This document shows positions 56,275-64,000 of a DNA stretch of 64,000 bases, piece by piece. The stretch comes from Candidatus Competibacter sp. (GTDB taxonomy: Bacteria; Pseudomonadota; Gammaproteobacteria; Competibacterales; Competibacteraceae), in the NCBI GenBank assembly GCA_035447285.1, contig DAOTGT010000001.1, forward strand, positions 8,198 to 72,197, written 5' to 3'. The notes beneath the pieces were generated by a model that made no database searches, was not told the DNA's origin, and saw nothing but the letters and a program-made list of their open reading frames with translations. Made by a program: the position numbers and the translations under genes. Each line of letters opens with the position of its first letter. Positions within the stretch are counted from its first letter, which is position 1.

Positions 56275-57636
56275 TCATGCCAAATCCTTTTCGAGATCGC
56301 GCTCCAGCAACGCCTCGTAGATCGGCACGTCCGGCCACCATTCGGCGATGACGTAGGCCGAGAAGCAGGCGGTGAACAACGGCAGGATCAAGGAATAGTT
56401 GCCGGTCATTTCGACGATCAGCACGATGCCGGTAAGCGGCGCGCGGACGATGGCGGTGAAATAGGCGGCCATGCCGGCGACCGCGACCGTCAGCGGTTCC
56501 GGCGCGACCAGCGGGAACCATTCGCGGCCCAGTTCACCGATCCCCAATCCCAGCAGGGCGCCGAGCACCAGCAGCGGCGCGAAGATGCCACCGGCCGCGC
56601 CGGTGCCGTAGCTGCCCATCGTCAGCAGGAAGCGCAAGCCGAACAGCAGGGCCAGCGTCCAAAGATCGATGTATTCCCGCCCGCTCAGAATCCGCTCCAC
56701 CAGTGGTTGGCCACCGCCGCAAATCTCCGGCATCCACCAGCCGGTCAGACCGATGATCACCCCCCAGGAGATCCATTTGCTGGCCAGCAGTCGCGGGTTT
56801 TGGGTATCGCCCAGACGCTGGGTGGCCAACAATGCCCGGTTGAACAGAACGCCGAGAACGCCGGCCAGGATACCCAGAGCCAGAAACAGCGGCAGGCTGG
56901 TCAGATCGGGAATGGCGGTGACCGTTACGTGGAACACCGGATGCTGGCCCATGAGTCCACGCGAAAGCACATCGGCGGTCATGGAGGCGATGAGCGCGGC
57001 GAAGAACACCAGCGAGGTGAAGTTTCCTTGCAGTTCCTCCAGGACGAAGACCACGCCCGCCAGCGGCGCGTTGAAGATGGCGGACAGCCCGGCGCCGGCG
57101 CCGGCGGCGATCAGCGAGCGTTGTTCCAGGGTATCGCTGTGGGAGCGGCTGCCCAGCATCTGGCCCAGTGCTCCGCCCATCTGCACGGTGGGGCCTTCCC
57201 GTCCCAGGGTGAGGCCGCCGGTGACGCCGATCACGCCCCCGACGAATTTCACCCAGAGCACTCGATACCAGACCATTGAGCGGTAGCCGAGTAAAACCCC
57301 CTTGAGATGGGGAATGCCGCTGCCGGCGGCGGCCGGGGCGAAGAATCGGACCAGCCAAACCGCCAGACTGATGGTGGCGACCGAAAACGCAACGGATAGG
57401 GCGACTCCCCATCGATCGAAGCGGCTGGCGGAGTCGAGGAGTGTCAGCCGCAGCGTGTCGCCGGCATCCATGGCTTTCGCGAAGGCCACCGCCATCAAGC
57501 CCGACAGCACGCCGAGCAAGAGGGCGCGCGGCAACAGGCGTAGCCGCTGGCGATTCAGTTTCTCCATGCGCCGCCTGGCGCGAAGCAGGTTGCCGCCGGG
57601 CTGGGAAAAATTCTGGTCCGTTCGGGAAGTCATCAC
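56275..57636 (-). CDS. clcA: ClC-family chloride channel / H+-Cl- antiporter
   Basis: 453 aa. Selectivity-filter blocks GSGIP, GREGP and GIFAP. Confidence 0.9.
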   Translation of the reverse strand: MMTSRTDQNFSQPGGNLLRARRRMEKLNRQRLRLLPRALLLGVLSGLMAVAFAKAMDAGDTLRLTLLDSASRFDRWGVALSVAFSVATISLAVWLVRFFAPAAAGSGIPHLKGVLLGYRSMVWYRVLWVKFVGGVIGVTGGLTLGREGPTVQMGGALGQMLGSRSHSDTLEQRSLIAAGAGAGLSAIFNAPLAGVVFVLEELQGNFTSLVFFAALIASMTADVLSRGLMGQHPVFHVTVTAIPDLTSLPLFLALGILAGVLGVLFNRALLATQRLGDTQNPRLLASKWISWGVIIGLTGWWMPEICGGGQPLVERILSGREYIDLWTLALLFGLRFLLTMGSYGTGAAGGIFAPLLVLGALLGLGIGELGREWFPLVAPEPLTVAVAGMAAYFTAIVRAPLTGIVLIVEMTGNYSLILPLFTACFSAYVIAEWWPDVPIYEALLERDLEKDLA

Positions 57637-57719
57637 TTGAGGAGATGTGGGGCGCTGGCGCGTTGGCGGCAGTTTGTCCGCCGCAAAGCCAGTGCGTCGG
57701 AACAGTGACCGAGGGCGTT

Positions 57720-58169
57720 TCAGAGGTAGCCGAACAAATCCAGCGGATAGCGCTTGCCAGCCAGATAATCGTCGATACAGCGCATTACCATCGGACTGCG
57801 CAATTTCGGTCCCAGCGCCACGATTTCATTGCGGTTCAACCAGAGCGCCCGTTGGATGCCGTGATCCAGCGGTTGCTCGGGATGATGCTGGAGGGCGGTG
57901 CCGACAAAACAGGTGCGAACGAAGGTATGGCCCTTGGGGTGGGTCCAGTAATACAACCCGACGATGGCATCGACCCGGACTTCCCAAGCGGTTTCCTCCA
58001 GGGTTTCCCGGATGGCCGCTGCCGCCAGCGTTTCGTGCTCGTCCAGGTGGCCGGCGGGCTGGTTGTAGACCAGTTCCTCGCCATCGGCGTATTCCTCCAC
58101 CAGCAGAAAGCGTCCGTCGCGCTCGATGATGGTGGCAACGGTCAGGCGCGGGCTCCATTCCTGGTTCAT
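57720..58169 (-). CDS. Nudix hydrolase
   Basis: The Nudix box GHLDEHETLAAAAIRETLEETAW. Confidence 0.85.
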   Translation of the reverse strand: MNQEWSPRLTVATIIERDGRFLLVEEYADGEELVYNQPAGHLDEHETLAAAAIRETLEETAWEVRVDAIVGLYYWTHPKGHTFVRTCFVGTALQHHPEQPLDHGIQRALWLNRNEIVALGPKLRSPMVMRCIDDYLAGKRYPLDLFGYL

Positions 58170-58179
58170 GCGGTCCTCT

Positions 58180-58776
58180 CTACGGCAATGGCTTGGCGAT
58201 GGTGAAGGCTCCGCGCAGATCCCCTTCCTTGAAGCCGCGGGCGGTGTCGTTTGGGTATAGCGCTTTCAGTTTGGTGTCCACTTCGGGATCGAGTTTGTCG
58301 CCATGACAGGCCAGGCACAGCGCGCCGGTGGGTATCGCCTTCATGTAGCGAAAGGTTTTCTGACCCTGATCGTCCTCGATGACCGCGAAGAATTCCAGTT
58401 TGTTAGCCGGTTCGCCCTGCGCCTTGCGGGCCTCGAACTGCTTGAGCACGGCGAGTTCCCAGTTATCGGGTGCGTTGCCGGGGTTGCGGGTCTTGAGGCT
58501 GGTGCGGCCGACGATCATGTCCAGTTTCGAGCCAAGATCGGCGGCGATCTGGCCAGCCTGGTCGTGGCAGACCGCGATGCCGTTGGTCGGACCGCCAGTC
58601 TTGATCGCCTGTTGCAGCGCTTCCTTCAATGCACCACCGAACTGTCGCGCGGCGGCGCGGCTGGCTTTCACCTCGGCGCTGCTGACGTCCGGTTGCTCGT
58701 CGGCGGGCTGCGGTCGGGCGAAGGCGACGCCGACCGTCAGTATTGCGCCAAGGATCAGAGTTGAAGCGTAGCGCAT
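58180..58776 (-). CDS. secreted DUF3365 (Tll0287-like) haem-binding protein
   Basis: A signal peptide, then a family-like layout ending in the CXXCH motif ALCLACHG. Confidence 0.65.
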   Translation of the reverse strand: MRYASTLILGAILTVGVAFARPQPADEQPDVSSAEVKASRAAARQFGGALKEALQQAIKTGGPTNGIAVCHDQAGQIAADLGSKLDMIVGRTSLKTRNPGNAPDNWELAVLKQFEARKAQGEPANKLEFFAVIEDDQGQKTFRYMKAIPTGALCLACHGDKLDPEVDTKLKALYPNDTARGFKEGDLRGAFTIAKPLP

Positions 58777-58907
58777 GCGGATTTCTCCATTTCGGTCAAT
58801 ACTTGGCGGTCAGTATAAGTGAAATGCCCCGTTCTGGCGGATTTTTCCAGGTTTCGCCGCTCTAAAACGCCAGATGCGGATTATCGACGAACCAGCAAGC
58901 GAGGTGC

Positions 58908-59258
58908 ATGATGGACCTGTCCCGGAAGACCTGCACGCCCTGTCAAGGTGGAGTTTCTCCCCTCACGTTCGGTGAAGCCGAAATTCTGTTGTCGCAAGCG
59001 CCTGGCTGGCGGTTATGGGAAAATGGCACCCGGTTGGAACGGCGCTTCGAATTCCAGACCTTCGCCACCGCCCTGGCCTTCGTCAACCGGGTCGGCGACT
59101 TGGCCGAGAGCGAAGGGCATCATCCGGACATCCGCTTCGGTTGGGGGTACGCCAACATATTATTTTACACTCACAAGATCGGCGGCCTGCACGAAAACGA
59201 CTTCATCATGGCCGCCAAGGTCAATGAGTTGTACACGGACGAGTACTCGGCGGTTTGA
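58908..59258 (+). CDS. phhB: pterin-4-alpha-carbinolamine dehydratase
   Basis: 116 aa. ESEGHHPDI is the conserved active-site block. Confidence 0.9.
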   Translation: MMDLSRKTCTPCQGGVSPLTFGEAEILLSQAPGWRLWENGTRLERRFEFQTFATALAFVNRVGDLAESEGHHPDIRFGWGYANILFYTHKIGGLHENDFIMAAKVNELYTDEYSAV

Positions 59259-59264
59259 AGTTTC

Positions 59265-60224
59265 TCAAGTCAGAGCCGCCGCCACGCCGCGCAGCGCCGG
59301 ATTGGCGGCGGTGATCACCCAAGTCGGGATCGCCGCCAGGTAAGTGCTGAACCGACCCTTGGCCTCGAAGCGGCTTCGAAACGTCGATCGGTCGAAAAAA
59401 TCGCCCAGGCGCGGCACGATGCCACCACCGATATACACCCCACCCCGCGCGCCGAGCGTGATCGCCAGATTGCCGGCCGCCGTGCCCAAGGCGCCGCAGA
59501 ACAGCTCCAGCACCTCTTGACTGTGTGGGCAAGTCCCGGCCAAGGCGCGCTCGGTCAGGTCGGCGGGCGTCAGATCTTCCACCGGCCAGCCCTCCAGTTC
59601 CGCCAGCGCGGCATGGAGATTCACCAACCCCGGCCCAGATAGCAGCCGTTCCGGCGAGACATGGCCGAACCGTCGGTGCAGAATTTGGCCGATGGCCCAT
59701 TCCCGCCCGTCGGTTGGCGAAAAGGTGACGTGGCCGCCTTCGGTCTGCAAGGGTAGCCAGCGATCGCCGGACCACACCAGACCCGACACGCCCAGACCGG
59801 TACCAGCGCCGATCAGGCCGATGGGCTCGCTGGCGACCGCCGCGCCGCCACCGACCGCCCGACGTTCGTTCGCGCCCAGCAGCGGCAGCGACAGCGCAAA
59901 GGCGGTGAAGTCGTTCAGGATCAACAATTGTTCCAACCCCAGCTCCCGCCGCGCGGTTTCCGTCGAAAACGACCAATGGCTGTTGGTGAATTGGATCCAG
60001 TCGCCGGTGATCGGTGTGGCGACCGCGATGGCCGCCCGGGTCGGGCGCGGCCCCCCGGTCGCTTGCAGATACGCCGTGGCGGCGGCGGTCAGGCCGGTAA
60101 AGTCGGCGCAAGCCAAGATTTGCTCGGCGTAAATCCGCCGATGGGCGTCGACCCGAGCAAAACGGGCGTTGGTCCCGCCGATATCGGCGATCAGGTCATG
60201 GGGTCCAGTCGGAGATTCTTGCAT
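59265..60224 (-). CDS. glk: glucokinase
   Basis: LIADIGGTNARFA is the ATP-binding start, with further blocks LNDFTA and GAGTGLG. The start at 60224 (MQESP) is preferred over listed 60290. Confidence 0.88.
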   Translation of the reverse strand: MQESPTGPHDLIADIGGTNARFARVDAHRRIYAEQILACADFTGLTAAATAYLQATGGPRPTRAAIAVATPITGDWIQFTNSHWSFSTETARRELGLEQLLILNDFTAFALSLPLLGANERRAVGGGAAVASEPIGLIGAGTGLGVSGLVWSGDRWLPLQTEGGHVTFSPTDGREWAIGQILHRRFGHVSPERLLSGPGLVNLHAALAELEGWPVEDLTPADLTERALAGTCPHSQEVLELFCGALGTAAGNLAITLGARGGVYIGGGIVPRLGDFFDRSTFRSRFEAKGRFSTYLAAIPTWVITAANPALRGVAAALT

Positions 60225-60543
60225 CGCGGTCGTTCCGGGCGGTCGGGGAGAGTTGAGAGTTGAATGTCGATGATCGCTAGATTCTAGCAAGCCGAGGGAA
60301 CCCGCGCCGCTGCGGTGCTTTTCGTGAGGGACGGACCGCTGGGGCGTTGTAATCCACTTGTAAAATGCTGCATAGCCACATTAGAATAATTGAAATTACT
60401 TGTTGTGCGATTGGTTTTGTAATACGAAATTCACATGAAATTATCATGGTTTCGCCGCATCTTGCGGCAAGTCCGAGGCGTTTTTTTGCGGCCGCTTCGC
60501 CCGACATCAAACCAAGCCCGTAACCCTCAAAGAGGATCAGCAC

Positions 60544-61836
60544 ATGGCGTACCTCAGCGTTGAGCAACTAAAGAATGATTGGGCCGAAAACCCCCGCTGG
60601 AAGGGCATCACGCGCGGCTACACCGCCGAAGATGTCGTGCGGCTGCGCGGCAACGTACCGGTTGAGTACAGCTTGGCGCAACGGGGAGCCGAGCAACTGT
60701 GGAACCTCATTAACAACGAACCCTACGTCAACTGTCTGGGCGCGCTGACCGGCGGGCAGGCCATGCAGCAGGCCAAGGCCGGCATCAAGGCCATCTATCT
60801 GTCCGGCTGGCAGGTCGCGGCCGACAACAACACCTACATGTCCATGTATCCCGATCAGTCGCTGTATCCGGTCAACTCGGTGCCGGCGGTGGTCGAGCGC
60901 ATCAACAACTCTTTCAAACGCGCCGATGAAATCCAGTGCGCTCGGGGTATCGGTCCGGGCCACAAGGATTTCGTGGACTATTTCCTGCCCATCGTCGGCG
61001 ATGCCGAAGCCGGGTTTGGCGGCGTGCTGAACGCCCATGAGCTGATGAAATCGATGATCCGCGCCGGCGCGGGCGGTGTCCATTTCGAGGATCAACTGGC
61101 CTCGGTCAAGAAGTGCGGCCACATGGGTGGCAAGGTGCTGGTGCCGAGCCAGGAAGCGGTACAGAAATTGATCGCCGCCCGGCTGGCGGCCGATGTGTAC
61201 GGCGTGCCGACCATCATCCTGGCCCGCACCGACGCCGAAGCCGCGGATCTGTTGACCAGCGACTGCGACGAAAACGACAAGCCGTTCTGCACCGGCGAGC
61301 GCACTGTGGAAGGCTTCTACAAGACCCGCAAGGGCTTGGAGCAGGCGATATCCCGCGGTTTGGCCTATGCGCCTTACGCCGACATGGTGTGGTGCGAGAC
61401 CGGCACGCCGGATCTGAATTTCGCCAAGAAATTCGCCGAGGCGATCCGTGACCGCTTCCCCGGCAAACTGCTGGCCTATAACTGCTCGCCCTCGTTCAAC
61501 TGGAAGAAGAACCTGGACGACGCCACCATCGCCAAGTTCCAGCGCGAGCTGGGCGCGATGGGTTACAAGTATCAGTTCATCACCCTGGCCGGTATTCACA
61601 ACATGTGGTACCACATGTTCGATCTGGCGCAGGACTATGTGAAACGCGGCATGTCCGCCTATGTCGAGAAGGTGCAGGAACCCGAATTTGCCGCCCGCGA
61701 CCGTGGTTACACGTTCGTGTCCCACCAGCAGGAAGTGGGCACCGGCTACTTCGACGACATGACCACCGTGATTCAGGGCGGGGTCTCCTCGGTGACGGCA
61801 CTGACCGGCTCCACCGAAGAAGAGCAGTTCCACTGA
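60544..61836 (+). CDS. aceA: isocitrate lyase
   Basis: 430 aa. The catalytic block is KKCGHMGGK, with additional blocks LSGWQ and DAEAGFGG. Confidence 0.97.
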   Translation: MAYLSVEQLKNDWAENPRWKGITRGYTAEDVVRLRGNVPVEYSLAQRGAEQLWNLINNEPYVNCLGALTGGQAMQQAKAGIKAIYLSGWQVAADNNTYMSMYPDQSLYPVNSVPAVVERINNSFKRADEIQCARGIGPGHKDFVDYFLPIVGDAEAGFGGVLNAHELMKSMIRAGAGGVHFEDQLASVKKCGHMGGKVLVPSQEAVQKLIAARLAADVYGVPTIILARTDAEAADLLTSDCDENDKPFCTGERTVEGFYKTRKGLEQAISRGLAYAPYADMVWCETGTPDLNFAKKFAEAIRDRFPGKLLAYNCSPSFNWKKNLDDATIAKFQRELGAMGYKYQFITLAGIHNMWYHMFDLAQDYVKRGMSAYVEKVQEPEFAARDRGYTFVSHQQEVGTGYFDDMTTVIQGGVSSVTALTGSTEEEQFH

Positions 61837-61886
61837 TCGACGCCGCGCGTCGCCTCCACAGTTGCCGGCGGCGCTGACCGCATCCA

Positions 61887-61915
61887 CCCGGACGGGGCCT
61901 CCCTCCGGGTTTTTT
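61887..61915 (+). terminator. intrinsic terminator after aceA
   Basis: CCCGGA-cggggcctccc-TCCGGG followed by TTTTTT. Confidence 0.65.
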
Positions 61916-62028
61916 GCGCTGGCCTTGTAACCTGACCTTCCCATCATCATGATCGAATCGCGTCGTCCTCCGATCGCGGCGGACGTTCGCCAGTTTTCCA
62001 CCGTACAACGATTGTTAAGGAGCAACCC

Positions 62029-63627
62029 GTGAGCCTGAACCTGCCCGCTGGCGTGCAGATCAACGCCCCGATGCATCCCCGTTTCGATGAGATCCTGACC
62101 CACGACGCCCTGGCCCTGGTCGCCAAATTGCACCGCGCCTTCGAGCCACGCCGCCAGCAGTTGCTTGCGGCCCGGGTCGAGCGCCAAGCTCGGATCGACG
62201 CTGGTGAGATGCCCGATTTCCTGCCGGAAACCAAGAATGTCCGCGAAGGCGACTGGAAGGTCGCGCCGCTGCCGAAGGCGCTGGAGTGCCGCCGCACCGA
62301 AATCACCGGTCCGGTCGAGCGCAAGATGATCATCAACGCCTATAACTCCGGCGCCGATTCCTACATGACCGACTTCGAGGATTCCAACAGCCCCAACTGG
62401 TACAACCAGATTCAGGGTCAGGTGAATCTGGTCGATGCGATTCGCCGGAAGCTCAGCTTCGTCAATGAAGTGGGCAAGGAATACAAGCTCAACGACCGGA
62501 TCGCCACGCTGCAAATCCGGCCGCGCGGTTGGCACTTGGATGAGAAACATGTGACGGTCGATGGCCAGCGTGTTTCCGGCGGCATTTTCGATTTCGGTCT
62601 GGTGTTCTTCCACAATGCCAAGGAGCAGATCGCGCGCGGCGCCGGCCCGTTCTATTACCTGCCGAAGATGGAGAGCCACCTCGAAGCGCGGCTGTGGAAC
62701 GATATCTTCGTGATGGCGCAAAACGAGTTGGGCATTCCGCAAGGAACCATCAAGGCCACCGTATTGGTCGAAACCATTCTTGCCACCTTCGAGATGGAAG
62801 AGATTCTCTACGAACTGCGCGAGCATTCCGCTGGCTTGAACGCCGGGCGCTGGGATTATATTTTCTCATGCATCAAGAAGTTCAAGAAAAACAAAAACTT
62901 TTGCCTGGCCAATCGCGGCGCGATCACCATGGAAGTGCCGTTCATGCGCTCCTATGCCCTGCAATTGGTCAAGATCTGCCACAAGCGCGGTGCGCCGGCG
63001 ATGGGTGGCATGTCGGCGCTGATTCCGATCAAGGACGATCCGGTCGCCAACGAGAAAGCACTGGCCGGCATCCGCCACGACAAGACCCGCGACGCCAACG
63101 ACGGTTTCGACGGTGGTTGGGTGGCGCATCCCGGTCTGGTGCCGATCGCCCACGAGGAGTTCGTCAAGGTGCTGGGTGACCAGCCGAATCAGTGGGAAAA
63201 GCAGCGGGACGAGGTGTTCACGGCCAAGAATTTCCTGGACTTCCAACCCGAGCAGCCCATCACCGAAGCCGGTTTGCGCAACAACATCAATGTCGGCATT
63301 CACTACCTGGGGTCTTGGTTGGCCGGCAACGGATGCGTGCCGATCCATAACTTGATGGAAGATGCCGCCACCGCTGAAATCTCCCGCTCGCAGGTGTGGC
63401 AGTGGGTGGTCAGCCCGAAGGGGATTCTGGACGATGGTCGCAAGGTCACCGCCGACATGGTGCGCGCGCTGATCCCCGAGGAATTGGCTAAAGTGAAAAC
63501 CACCGTCATCGCCCAGGGCGAAGACACCGCGACCTACGATCAGGCCGCCGGCATCTTCGAGACGATGAGCTTGTCGCCGGATTACCCCGAGTTCCTGACC
63601 CTGCCGCTGTACGAGGCGATGGATTGA
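62029..63627 (+). CDS. aceB: malate synthase A
   Basis: 532 aa. Blocks DFEDS, YLPKMES and NAGRWDYIFS. Confidence 0.97.
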   Translation: MSLNLPAGVQINAPMHPRFDEILTHDALALVAKLHRAFEPRRQQLLAARVERQARIDAGEMPDFLPETKNVREGDWKVAPLPKALECRRTEITGPVERKMIINAYNSGADSYMTDFEDSNSPNWYNQIQGQVNLVDAIRRKLSFVNEVGKEYKLNDRIATLQIRPRGWHLDEKHVTVDGQRVSGGIFDFGLVFFHNAKEQIARGAGPFYYLPKMESHLEARLWNDIFVMAQNELGIPQGTIKATVLVETILATFEMEEILYELREHSAGLNAGRWDYIFSCIKKFKKNKNFCLANRGAITMEVPFMRSYALQLVKICHKRGAPAMGGMSALIPIKDDPVANEKALAGIRHDKTRDANDGFDGGWVAHPGLVPIAHEEFVKVLGDQPNQWEKQRDEVFTAKNFLDFQPEQPITEAGLRNNINVGIHYLGSWLAGNGCVPIHNLMEDAATAEISRSQVWQWVVSPKGILDDGRKVTADMVRALIPEELAKVKTTVIAQGEDTATYDQAAGIFETMSLSPDYPEFLTLPLYEAMD

Positions 63628-63656
63628 TCTGATTCGGTCGGTGTTTGATATGAAGC

Positions 63657-63685
63657 GGTGTTCGGGAAACCGGGCACCGTTTTTT
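63657..63685 (+). terminator. intrinsic terminator after aceB
   Basis: GGTGTTCGG-gaaa-CCGGGCACC (two G-U pairs) followed by GTTTTTT. Confidence 0.7.
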
Positions 63686-64000
63686 GCTGTTCAGTACGCG
63701 GTCGATGATTGTGAGACCGCTTCGGTCGTTTATTGAAATCCAGACTGTCAATCTATACTGAAAAAATAAAGTAACTCATTCCAACGTGCTTTAGCTGACT
63801 TGACTGACCATGCCCGGCAAGCGGTGGAAGAGGTGTTCACCGCTGGGTTGACGGGTAGCACGCATTGCCAAGTCAGTCGAAATGTCGCCAATGAAACGGC
63901 CCTTTCGACCGCTGATTTTACGAGTCTGTTGGAGGTATTCGCCGCGCAACTTGCCAGTGGCGATTTGCCGCGCAGTGCTTGGCAGACGGCTTGTCGGGCG

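Noticed and set aside
60568-62826. A 752-aa minus-strand ORF spanning aceA, the intergenic region and aceB
   Set aside because: It is antisense to two unmistakable enzymes. The sequence is low-complexity and Arg/Gly/Ala/His-rich, typical of shadow ORFs in GC-rich DNA. It has no recognisable motifs.
1-64000. Scan for CRISPR arrays, rRNA/tRNA genes, transposases, integrases and phage genes
   Set aside because: None recognised by eye. The only repeats are the short tandem duplications listed. A tRNAscan/Infernal run would be needed to exclude small RNAs formally.

Overview
A GC-rich chromosomal segment that looks proteobacterial, probably gammaproteobacterial. Genes for sulfide:quinone reductase, phasin, glycogen branching enzyme and the glyoxylate shunt suggest a sulfur-oxidising, storage-polymer lifestyle. 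I see four blocks.
(1) 1-8.9 kb is an AT-richer surface-structure island. It starts with a truncated GT2 gene and a degraded HEPN gene. A glf / GlfT-like GT2 / GT4 operon then converges on a minus-strand run: pilA, terminator, a large GT-C+TPR membrane protein (TfpW-like), a small membrane accessory protein (TfpX/Z-like), and a GT4. This looks like a type IV pilin glycosylation locus wired to galactofuranose genes. It also carries a perfect 149-bp tandem duplication over the 5' end of the TfpW-like gene.
(2) 9-12.6 kb is housekeeping: CoA-transferase, sulfite reductase, DUF934.
(3) 12.7-33.7 kb is a complete-looking type VI secretion cluster with the gene order of Pseudomonas aeruginosa H1-T6SS: pppA-tagF-tssM-tssL-tssK-tagH on the minus strand, then tssA-tssB-tssC-hcp-tagJ-tssE-tssF-tssG-clpV on the plus strand. 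It has no tssJ, ppkA/tagQRST, vgrG or PAAR gene. Where vgrG and cargo would normally sit there is an AT-rich islet with two orphan ORFs, then two tandem TPR-methyltransferase paralogs and an orphan ACP.
(4) 38-64 kb is core metabolism: YheT-like hydrolase, glgB, sqr, a c-type cytochrome lipoprotein, relA, hflD, mnmA, phasin, rdgC, a repeat-containing membrane protein, livFGMH plus binding protein, a ClC channel, Nudix, a DUF3365 haem protein, phhB, glk, aceA and aceB.
I recognised no rRNA, tRNA, CRISPR array, transposase or integrase. Every functional call comes from motif and family recognition by eye on the supplied translations. No database search was run.
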